Shown piece by piece: positions 39,270-47,204 of a DNA stretch of 49,296 nucleotides. The position numbers and the translations under genes are program-made. Source of the stretch: a virus (taxonomy: Duplodnaviria > Caudoviricetes); the IMG/VR virus record IMGVR_UViG_3300032212_000021, positions 1 through 49,296 of that record; one strand, written 5' to 3'. The notes below the pieces were generated by a model, which did not search any database, was not told where the DNA came from, and worked only from the letters and a program-made list of their open reading frames with translations. Every line of letters starts with the position of its first letter. Position 1 is the first letter of the stretch.

Positions 39270-39466
39270 TGATACTTACAGAAAAAAGCGACAGCGACGA
39301 AGAGATATGGAAAGCAGAACGTGACTTTGAGACATTGAAAGATGCTCAGGAGATCATGAACGACGAGTCGCGCCAGAAGAGGGTTAAAGAGTTCGCTCTT
39401 AAACAGTCCAAGGCGTTAAAAGAGGTGACCGATGGGGATTATTTTAAATCCATCGGACTACGTTAA
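39269..39466 (+). CDS. Small protein sharing its C-terminal motif with the scaffold
   Basis: Ends DYFKSIGLR versus scaffold EYLKSIGLR. Confidence 0.7.
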   Translation: MILTEKSDSDEEIWKAERDFETLKDAQEIMNDESRQKRVKEFALKQSKALKEVTDGDYFKSIGLR

Positions 39467-39478
39467 AAAGGAAAAATT

Positions 39479-40615
39479 ATGGCAAACATCACGGCTTGGT
39501 TAGAAAACGATCCGGATCAGAAAAAAAAGTATGGAAGAGAGATCACCGTAGCGGCTACGGAGTCAAACTTCTTTAACCCGATGATGGGAAAAGGGCCGTG
39601 GTCCATTATCCGAACATCGTCCGATTTTGACGGATCGACGGCAACGGCTCAGATGGGCCTTCGTGTCGAACTTGAAGGAACAGGGGTCAAGGGAAATGCC
39701 GACTTCGATGAGAACACCGACAATCAGAAGTACCTCTACCAGCCCGTAGAGTATGATGAGTTCGGAAACTCGCTGCAGTCGCAGAACAAGACGCTTCGCG
39801 AGAAGAAGCATGTGGACTCTTTTCGCGAGAGTGCCCAAGAAGATCTGAAGATGTGGGCGGGCCACCGTTCAGAAAAGATCATCACCGCCAAGTTGACGCA
39901 GAACTGCTCTAACATCGTCGCATGTAAGGCCGGCGCGACACCGGTGCATGCCCAAAATGACACGACGGCGATGACGGCAGGCGACGTCTTTACGCTGGGT
40001 GCGGCAAGACACGCGCTTAAACGTTCCAAGCAGGGGTTTGACGGAAACAACGCCATCCACCCGAAACTTCGTCCTTTTGTGGTTAAACATAAGAACATCG
40101 AGGGAATCCCGATCAAAGAGGAGTTTCGCCTTATGATCCTTGGCCCCTATGCGGCGGAACAGCTAAAAGACGATCCTGAGTGGGTATCCAAGCAGGAGAG
40201 CGCGAACAACAGAGGTGATTCAAACCCTATCTTTTCGGGTCAGATGGGTCACATCACAGACGGTATCTTGTTCCTTGAGTGGAACAGCTGGGATGCTACG
40301 GAAGCGGGTATCTTGACGTCGGCAACGGCAGGGTTTGAAGATTATGCGACAGGATTCGATCAGTACGCAGGTGTGGGCGGTATCGAGACGGAACTTAACC
40401 TGATGCTGGGTGCGGGTTCTTCGTTCTTGCCTATGGATACGGGTTTCGAGTATCACGAAGAGGGGTATGACTTCAACCGAAAGATGAAGATCGCCATCTC
40501 TCGCGGTTACGCCTTTGAAAAAGCGCGCTACTACGGTAAGACGGCGCTGGAGCAAAAGAGCAAATACCACAACAAAGACTACGGCACGATGCTCGTAGCT
40601 TCAACAAAACTGTAA
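39479..40615 (+). CDS. Major capsid protein (N4-gp56/DUF4043-like)
   Basis: 378 aa; L.G.GV.G, LKDDPEW..Q..A..RG.SNPIFSG..G, YDFNRK, DYG motifs; follows the scaffold. Confidence 0.85.
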   Translation: MANITAWLENDPDQKKKYGREITVAATESNFFNPMMGKGPWSIIRTSSDFDGSTATAQMGLRVELEGTGVKGNADFDENTDNQKYLYQPVEYDEFGNSLQSQNKTLREKKHVDSFRESAQEDLKMWAGHRSEKIITAKLTQNCSNIVACKAGATPVHAQNDTTAMTAGDVFTLGAARHALKRSKQGFDGNNAIHPKLRPFVVKHKNIEGIPIKEEFRLMILGPYAAEQLKDDPEWVSKQESANNRGDSNPIFSGQMGHITDGILFLEWNSWDATEAGILTSATAGFEDYATGFDQYAGVGGIETELNLMLGAGSSFLPMDTGFEYHEEGYDFNRKMKIAISRGYAFEKARYYGKTALEQKSKYHNKDYGTMLVASTKL

Positions 40616-40625
40616 GGGGTCAGGC

Positions 40626-40991
40626 ATGAAACAAATTATCCATAAAAAAACAGGTTATGTGTTTGGGGTTATCGATGTGTCCAAGGTGGGCGTTGAACAG
40701 CTTATCGCAAAGGCGCCCGAGGGCGCTTATGTTAAGGTGGGCGTCACGACGACAGCGGCCTTTGATTCTGTGGGCGCAACGATCTCGGTCGGTCACACGG
40801 GAAACAAGACGCTGCTCATGAACGCGGTAGACGTTAAGCCGGTGGGCGGGAAAAGCTCTGAGTACGTGCATGAAGTAGTGGAGAACGAGCGCGGTATTTA
40901 CGCTACCGTGACGGCGGCAAGTGCGACGACGGGGCGCGTTTTGGTGGCTGTTGAGTTTATATTTCCCTCTTCTCAGGAAACAGAGCACTAG
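40626..40991 (+). CDS. Putative capsid decoration protein
   Basis: Small beta protein after the capsid gene; VTTTAAFD..ATISVG. Confidence 0.6.
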   Translation: MKQIIHKKTGYVFGVIDVSKVGVEQLIAKAPEGAYVKVGVTTTAAFDSVGATISVGHTGNKTLLMNAVDVKPVGGKSSEYVHEVVENERGIYATVTAASATTGRVLVAVEFIFPSSQETEH

Positions 40992-40992
40992 C

Positions 40993-41493
40993 ATGGCGCA
41001 TCATGAACCCAACCTAAGACGCATCCGCTATGTCGGTGAAGCAACTCAGCGAATGTGGGGTATCAAGGGGCGTGAGCGTCCTATGCTTGAGTCCAATGAT
41101 ACCGTAACCGTCAGTGCAAGCGAGTCTATCCTTATGTGCAAACGTCCTAGTTTTGTTCCGGTAGAGGGTGACAATGCGACGTCTGAATCCGATACGAGCC
41201 TGCTTCAGGCATGTCAAGATGAGTGCCACTCCCTCTTTGGCAGGCTGGTCGAGGCCAAGAAGATCAATGCAGATCTTGAGAGCACCATTGAAGAGATGTC
41301 TGCGCTTAACGCCAAGCAGAGCTTAGACCTTGAAGCCAGCAACCGTAGCAATAGCGTACTTGAAAAAGAGAACGACCTCTTCAGAGAGTCCCTGAGCGCG
41401 ATCATTAAACTGACCCCGATCAAGGCCGGAAACAAGACGACGAAGACGCTCTTATCAGACCTTATGAAGTACATCAAAGAGAAGAACAGCTGA
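40993..41493 (+). CDS. Hypothetical virion-module protein
   Basis: IRYVG N-terminus and coiled coil; ATG directly after the upstream stop. Confidence 0.55.
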   Translation: MAHHEPNLRRIRYVGEATQRMWGIKGRERPMLESNDTVTVSASESILMCKRPSFVPVEGDNATSESDTSLLQACQDECHSLFGRLVEAKKINADLESTIEEMSALNAKQSLDLEASNRSNSVLEKENDLFRESLSAIIKLTPIKAGNKTTKTLLSDLMKYIKEKNS

Positions 41494-41494
41494 T

Positions 41495-42106
41495 ATGATC
41501 GTTTATGACCTTCTGCTTCCCATACGCGCCAAACTCAAGGACGAGGCTAAAAAAAAATGGCAAAACGGTGAGATCATCGACGCCATCAACGAGGCCATCC
41601 GTGTCGTAAGCGGTGAACTCCTAGAGCATAAAAAGCGCATCTCCATAGCAAGCATATCTGGCATAAGCGATTATTCCCTTCCTTTGGACTTCATATCGTC
41701 TATCTCGGTAAAAGGCGAGGATGGAAGGTATGAGATCAAGAGTTTTGACTGGATGGACGATCACGAAGAGATCCTTGAAAAAGACAAAAGGTATGTCGTC
41801 TTCACCGACGACAGTTTAACCCTGTACCCCGCCCCCGCATTCAGCGGTACGGATATAAGGTTAAGCTATAACTATTTTACTCCCGTGCAAAGAGAGAAGG
41901 ATGTGGTGCATGTCCGGCAGACGGCAAAGCTGGCGCTTATCTATTACGCCGTGCATCTGTGCCATCAGGTACCCACCTCCAAAGATAGCCGGTCCAAATC
42001 AAAAGACTTTCTTGATCTGTACACCATAGCTTTGGAAGATGAGAAGCGACGCAGAAGAAAACATCGAAACGGCGGAAGACTCAAGACCACTTATAATAGG
42101 ATTTAA
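41495..42106 (+). CDS. Head-tail adaptor protein
   Basis: W..EIIDAINEA, YSLPLDF, LYPAP, ALIYYA motifs. Confidence 0.75.
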   Translation: MIVYDLLLPIRAKLKDEAKKKWQNGEIIDAINEAIRVVSGELLEHKKRISIASISGISDYSLPLDFISSISVKGEDGRYEIKSFDWMDDHEEILEKDKRYVVFTDDSLTLYPAPAFSGTDIRLSYNYFTPVQREKDVVHVRQTAKLALIYYAVHLCHQVPTSKDSRSKSKDFLDLYTIALEDEKRRRRKHRNGGRLKTTYNRI

Positions 42107-42108
42107 AC

Positions 42109-42906
42109 ATGGCAACAACCGAACCCCTCACCAGTCTGCTTAGCAACATAGATGAAATTTCAGCCCGCGTAAACACGAACGCTCTGGTACAGGGATCGCG
42201 AGAGGCGATACTTACCCAGATGCAAGATTACAGTATCGACGATGACGAGAAGATGAAGATCTATGCCAACCATGAGACGACGTTGACCATGGGCATCATG
42301 CGTGACATTATAGAGATGTCAAAGAGTATGCTGCTCATGGATGCGGAGACCAAGAAGAAGAGTTCCGAAGCGCTGCTTGCCGATGCCCAGAGGGCAAAGA
42401 TCAATGCCGAAAAACTTCTTGTCGACCAGCAGGTACTCTACTCTGCGGCAGAGACATCCAAGAAAGCAAATGAGAGTCTTTTGATCGCAGAGCAGGTGCT
42501 TCTTACTGCCGCAGACGTTGCGAAGAAAAATGCCGAGACCGGACTCGTTACTGAGCAGGTCGCCATCGCAGTGCTTCAGCAGACGACAGAGAAGCTGCGT
42601 CAAAATGATATCAAAGCCAGCATCACCGTCAAAAACCAGACGGCGCTGGCCACCTATGAAAATGCCCGTTTCGAGGAGGCCAGAAAGGAGATCACCCTTC
42701 AGGCCAACAAGGACAATATGATCTTAAAAAAAGCAGACTTCAAGGTAGGGTGGGGTCAGGTGATGGCAACGGATGACGCCTACACCTTGACGGAGACACA
42801 CCTTTTGGATATCAAGACAAGCATCGACAGTATCCCCGTAACGGGGGCCAGCTATATAAGTAACTATTCAATCGTGCCTACTGCGATACCGACAACGGTG
42901 GTGTAA
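42109..42906 (+). CDS. Putative tail/virion helical protein
   Basis: Repeated K..AE..L..EQ segments; structural operon. Confidence 0.5.
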   Translation: MATTEPLTSLLSNIDEISARVNTNALVQGSREAILTQMQDYSIDDDEKMKIYANHETTLTMGIMRDIIEMSKSMLLMDAETKKKSSEALLADAQRAKINAEKLLVDQQVLYSAAETSKKANESLLIAEQVLLTAADVAKKNAETGLVTEQVAIAVLQQTTEKLRQNDIKASITVKNQTALATYENARFEEARKEITLQANKDNMILKKADFKVGWGQVMATDDAYTLTETHLLDIKTSIDSIPVTGASYISNYSIVPTAIPTTVV

Positions 42907-42907
42907 G

Positions 42908-43999
42908 ATGAGTACCCTTGATCGCATAAATCAGGCACTTCTATCCAGAGAGGCAAAGGCGCTGAGTGCAGAGGATTACCTTCTTGATTCGGATATGGAC
43001 AGCTTCTCTTACGCGATGTTTTGGATGGAGCTGGATGAAGCCTACGGTATCTTCACGCTGGAGTATATCCAGTCCATAGAGTATGCAACCTTGACAATGG
43101 CAGATATCATCAACCGCATTGATGCCTACGAAGCCGGCAAGATCTACCTTCACGAGTACTTCTACAAGGCTTCAGACCTAAAAAACGATGAGCATATGAT
43201 CATCTCTGAGACCAAGCACAGCAGAGAGCAGGGGATGGCCTCTGTCTTCGACCGGCTCTACGCAAAAGAGCTGGAGCGCTTTAAGCATGAGGGACGAACC
43301 GCCCTGCTGTATATAGGCGGGGCTTTAGAGCATCACAGCATGCGAAAGGACTACGGGGTCAACGAGCGCGGAAAATATCCCGTTATGGCACAAAGCGGTC
43401 TGCTTGCATCGCGCATCGCCAAAAAGATCGAGGTGGACTTCTTGAGCATCAACGCAAACGCATGCGCCTCGGGCATGTACGCCATCTATGAGGCAAAGTC
43501 ACTTCTTGAGCGCGGGTATGATGATGTGATCATCTACGGGGAGGAGTGGGTCGAACCCGCAGAGATACTGCTCTTTGAACAGCAGAACATACCCATCACC
43601 TGCTCGGACGGCTTAGTGATATTAAGACTTTCCAAACGCAAGAGCGAACACTGCATATCCGAAGTGAACTGGGCGTGGCATAAGGACTCCAGCGCCTTCT
43701 GCTTCTCTGTTCAAGGGTACAAGAAAGCGATGAAGATGCAAGGCGGCATCGATGCCGTCAAGATGCACGGTACGGGAACTGAAAACAACACCAAGGCAGA
43801 ATCAGGCGCCATAGACGAGATCTACGGCAAAAACAAGCTTCGGGTGGAGTACAAGAGCCTGATCGGACATTCGCAAGGCGTGAGCGCCTGTGTTGAGCTG
43901 TGTATGGCGCTTGAAGATGAGGCGCTTGAAGGGAAAGAGGTCCTTGTCAGTGCGGCGGGGCTTGGTAACTTTTACGGAGCCTGTCGTGTTTCATGTTGA
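42908..43999 (+). CDS. Acyl carrier protein fused to a reduced beta-ketoacyl synthase (FabB/FabF-like)
   Basis: ACP pattern LLDSDMDSF..ELDEAYGI..TMADII (Ser32); KS motifs ANACASG, HGTGT..N..AE, KSLIGHSQG. Confidence 0.85.
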   Translation: MSTLDRINQALLSREAKALSAEDYLLDSDMDSFSYAMFWMELDEAYGIFTLEYIQSIEYATLTMADIINRIDAYEAGKIYLHEYFYKASDLKNDEHMIISETKHSREQGMASVFDRLYAKELERFKHEGRTALLYIGGALEHHSMRKDYGVNERGKYPVMAQSGLLASRIAKKIEVDFLSINANACASGMYAIYEAKSLLERGYDDVIIYGEEWVEPAEILLFEQQNIPITCSDGLVILRLSKRKSEHCISEVNWAWHKDSSAFCFSVQGYKKAMKMQGGIDAVKMHGTGTENNTKAESGAIDEIYGKNKLRVEYKSLIGHSQGVSACVELCMALEDEALEGKEVLVSAAGLGNFYGACRVSC

Positions 44000-44396
44000 A
44001 CCCATAAGCAGAGACGATGTGAAGGATGTTGTAGCGATACTCTACCCCATCGTCAAAGACACAGAGCTTAAAAAGAAGGTCCACAAACACCAAAAAAATG
44101 GGATCACGCGGGTGATGCGATCGCAGGGGAAGATCGTCGGTATCTTTATGGCGCTTATTCGCCCTTTTGGATGGAGCCTGAGTTACTACTGGCTGGATGA
44201 GAGCGTCAGAAGAAAGCCGAGCTCTCTGTTCTTCTTTTTAAACACCTTCTCAAAGATGAAAGGGAAGATCTATATCAAAAGCGAGGATACGAGCACGTTT
44301 GACAGGTATATCAGGCCCACCAAGGAGAAGGGAGTGTATGAGTTTATCGGATTTGGCGATGACCTTAAAAGAGGGGTTGAAAAGTGGGCGGAATAG
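43986..44396 (+). CDS. Putative GNAT-fold acyltransferase
   Basis: GKIVG...LSYYWLDESVRRK resembles GNAT motif A; GGAG RBS before GTG 43986; T7 gp13-like position before ejection genes. Confidence 0.5.
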   Translation: MFHVEPISRDDVKDVVAILYPIVKDTELKKKVHKHQKNGITRVMRSQGKIVGIFMALIRPFGWSLSYYWLDESVRRKPSSLFFFLNTFSKMKGKIYIKSEDTSTFDRYIRPTKEKGVYEFIGFGDDLKRGVEKWAE

Positions 44397-45463
44397 TCGA
44401 CAGTATCAAAGACGCGGTGGACGATGTTGCCGATGTCGCTGAGGATATAGGCCACTCCATAAGCGATGCGGTCGACAATGTGGGCCACGCTTTCGATGAT
44501 GCCTTTAGTGATTTTAAGGACTTTGCCGATGACTCATTAGACTACGTGCAAGAGCACTTGGACGAGATATCGTGGATCATCAACCCCCTTGGTATGCTGG
44601 TGGAGACCGGTCTTGAGAGATTAGGCGAAAAGCTGGGGGGCGGTTTTGAAGCGATAGGGAACTTTGCGGGAAATCTAAGGCGCGGGGTAAGCTCCGATAT
44701 TTTAGACATCGCACGGGGTGCGCTTGAGGGAGACTGGACAATGTTTAGAGACGGCCTCCTCTCCCTTGCCAATGCCGCCATCGGTGTTTTGGCTGTTATC
44801 GCGGGTGCCTTTACGGCTAATCCGGCCCTGATCGCTTCGGGGATCATCATGCTCGATCAGCAGTATAACAAGAGCTCCATCCTATCTGAGACCATCGATC
44901 TGGTCGCAGCGGTCGAGACCGGCGTGTTCGGATCAGACTACATCGAAGAGTATGCGGCAGAGATCCAGATGAGCATACAGGTCGCCGCCGCCCTGTATGC
45001 CTCTTATGAGGTGATGACCCTGCTTTCTGAGACAGATATGGCGGTCGAGGGGTTTAAGGCGTTTGAGGGTGCTATCAACATCGCAAACGCAGGATACGGC
45101 GCGCATCAGACCTATACCGGCATAGAGTCTATTCTAGAAGCGAGGCAAAACTACAAGAGCATGCTAGACGCGTACCGGAGAAAAGCCGCAGAGTTCTTAA
45201 AAAAAGGTCGCGCACTCACGGACCAATGGTTCAGACTCTACACGGACCATACGGTGTGGTACGAGGCGATGGCAGGGGGCGAACTGTATAACGGCGGGGC
45301 GGGATCTCTGTTTCATACGGTAACGGATATTTATGATCCCAGCGTCAAGATGCATGCCATGGCGAACAGACGCATACGCGATCTTGACAGGATGAGTTCG
45401 GGCAGAGAGGATGCCACGATGGCCGGAAGCAGTAACTACTTAAAACAATACGGAGTATTATAA
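44384..45463 (+). CDS. Putative membrane-active ejection/pilot protein starting Met-Gly-Gly
   Basis: Amphipathic acidic N-terminus, central Ala/Gly-rich hydrophobic helices. Confidence 0.55.
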   Translation: MGGIVDSIKDAVDDVADVAEDIGHSISDAVDNVGHAFDDAFSDFKDFADDSLDYVQEHLDEISWIINPLGMLVETGLERLGEKLGGGFEAIGNFAGNLRRGVSSDILDIARGALEGDWTMFRDGLLSLANAAIGVLAVIAGAFTANPALIASGIIMLDQQYNKSSILSETIDLVAAVETGVFGSDYIEEYAAEIQMSIQVAAALYASYEVMTLLSETDMAVEGFKAFEGAINIANAGYGAHQTYTGIESILEARQNYKSMLDAYRRKAAEFLKKGRALTDQWFRLYTDHTVWYEAMAGGELYNGGAGSLFHTVTDIYDPSVKMHAMANRRIRDLDRMSSGREDATMAGSSNYLKQYGVL

Positions 45464-45831
45464 TGGGATTAAAGATGGTAAACGGGGAATGGAAGTATGT
45501 CCTTGAATCGGGAGTCGATCCGATACATAACACAAAAGATATCTTTTCGGATGCAAACGCCGTCTTGGACGCCGGTGCGGTGAAGACGAATGTCGTCAAT
45601 GATAGCGTGAAGCCTCCTGCCAAGACGGATTACGGCGACCTCTTCTCATCGAAGAACATCGGGAGTACCCTCCAAGGGATCGGCGCGGTAACGCAGGGCA
45701 TCGCCGGTGTTTATCAGACCTACCTGACAAACAAGTACCAAAAAGACGTTTTGGGGCTTGAGAAAGATAGGGTCGCCAAAGAAGATGCACGAATCAAAAA
45801 GGCACAAAAGGCTTACGAGAACGTGTTTTAA
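45463..45831 (+). CDS. Putative small ejection protein
   Basis: Gly-rich helix GSTLQGIGAVTQGIAGVY then basic coiled coil. Confidence 0.5.
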   Translation: MGLKMVNGEWKYVLESGVDPIHNTKDIFSDANAVLDAGAVKTNVVNDSVKPPAKTDYGDLFSSKNIGSTLQGIGAVTQGIAGVYQTYLTNKYQKDVLGLEKDRVAKEDARIKKAQKAYENVF

Positions 45832-45863
45832 GCGGGGTTTTTTTACGCCCGCGTAAATTTAAC

Positions 45864-45893
45864 TTGACAGATGAGCATAAAAAAGTTTATAAT
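45864..45893 (+). promoter_or_regulatory. Sigma70-type promoter upstream of the small RNA and rep
   Basis: TTGACA (45864)-18 nt-TATAAT (45888). Confidence 0.8.
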
Positions 45894-45899
45894 ACGTTC

Positions 45900-45967
45900 A
45901 TATCTTTTGATCGGCCACGCCAATAGTTGAGATCGGCCCTTCCTTCGGGAGGCTGATCAAAGGATAT
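45900..45967 (+). ncRNA. Putative structured regulatory RNA (C4/CI-like antisense type)
   Basis: Long closing stem 45900-45916/45951-45967, cUUCGg hairpin, segment complementary to 45983-45994 and 8168-8180. Confidence 0.6.
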
Positions 45968-45969
45968 CA

Positions 45970-46011
45970 GAAAGCTTTTCGACTATTGGCGTGGTTCGGA
46001 AACTTTCTTTT
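45970..46011 (+). terminator. Attenuator-like hairpin with target loop
   Basis: Stem 45970-45982/45996-46007, 13-nt loop ctattggcgtggt, then a short T run. Confidence 0.5.
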
Positions 46012-46086
46012 AACAGACCCCTTTAAAAAATTTAACATAGCCTAAAGAGATGAACCTACCATTTTTCATGCATAACCGCATGCCGC

Positions 46087-47109
46087 TTGATGAAAGGCCG
46101 CCGCTATGAGGTGACGGCGACGGACAAGCTATACAGGGTACTTCCGCGTTTTGATCAGATCAAGACGCACGACTGGACCCAAGACTATAAATCATCCATC
46201 AAGAACAACCCTGCCGTGTCCCAGTTTCGTATCAATAACAAGCGTGTTATCAATGCGCTGTGTTTTGATATCGACGATGCGGAGGATGCCTTCTTGTGGG
46301 ATGAGCTCGGGCTTCCCCAGCCCAGCATCCAGACCTTCAACAAGTTTGATAGAAAATGCCACCTTGTCTATCTTCTGGAGTCTCCCGTAGACAAAGAGCA
46401 GTACAAGCCTTACGCATGGGCCAAGTCCATCCTTATGCAGATGCGCTCCATGCTCAAGGGCGACGTGGCCTACACAAACACCTTTACCAAAAACTTCTAC
46501 AACACCACGCTCTTTGAGCCTATCATCATCGACAGCTCCTACACCCTTGCTGACCTTCAATCCTATCTTCCAAAGATAAATACGCCCCTCAAAGCAGAGC
46601 TCACCGATCCTATAGGAAGCCGGCACATCTCCCTCTTTGAGTCTCTCAGACGGCCCGCTTACAAGATGGTCAACCAAGTGGATGAAGACGGCTTTCTTAC
46701 GTGGCTAAGAAGCGAGGCAGACGCCATCAATGAGAGCTTTGATGAGCCCATTAAAACAAAACATATCGTAAGATCAATCTACACCTTCTGCATAGAGAAC
46801 CGGCACAATTTCGGAAACAACCAAGGCAAAAACAGAGGGGCCTACGCAAAGTATCTCAAGGATGGGATGACCCTGCCTGAGAAGCAGTCCAAGTCCGCAG
46901 AGCTGAGTCGAGAGAAGGTGATGATCAAGACGGAACTGAAGATAGAAGAGGCGATTAAGATCCTTGGCCTTCGAGGTTCAAAGATAAGCAACACCTCCAT
47001 AGCCGCCAAGGCAGGAGTATCGACAAAGACGGTACAGCGATACAAGAAGCGACAGGCTCAAAAGGCTGAGGATATCGCCTTGAAAAAACTGGACTCTAGG
47101 TGTGCATAA
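46087..47109 (+). CDS. Plasmid replication initiator, ColE2-like (Replicase/PriCT/HTH)
   Basis: LCFDIDD, LPQPS, CHLVYLL..PV, GD.AY...TKN, SRH.SLFE.LR..AY, C-terminal HTH IAAKAGVSTKTVQRY. Confidence 0.85.
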   Translation: MMKGRRYEVTATDKLYRVLPRFDQIKTHDWTQDYKSSIKNNPAVSQFRINNKRVINALCFDIDDAEDAFLWDELGLPQPSIQTFNKFDRKCHLVYLLESPVDKEQYKPYAWAKSILMQMRSMLKGDVAYTNTFTKNFYNTTLFEPIIIDSSYTLADLQSYLPKINTPLKAELTDPIGSRHISLFESLRRPAYKMVNQVDEDGFLTWLRSEADAINESFDEPIKTKHIVRSIYTFCIENRHNFGNNQGKNRGAYAKYLKDGMTLPEKQSKSAELSREKVMIKTELKIEEAIKILGLRGSKISNTSIAAKAGVSTKTVQRYKKRQAQKAEDIALKKLDSRCA

Positions 47110-47146
47110 GAGTAATTGTCCGTTAGGACGTCCGGTTCCCTAAAGC

Positions 47147-47180
47147 AGCCCGCCCCCGATTTACAGCCCTATAATATAAA
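47147..47180 (+). promoter_or_regulatory. Putative late promoter element, copy 2
   Basis: Identical to 12108-12141. Confidence 0.7.
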
Positions 47181-47204
47181 AGAGCTATATTTTATTATAC
47201 GAGC

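Noticed and set aside
42908-43999. Polyketide/fatty-acid biosynthetic cluster or host contamination
   Set aside because: No other fab/PKS genes; the gene is overlapped and co-oriented within the virion operon
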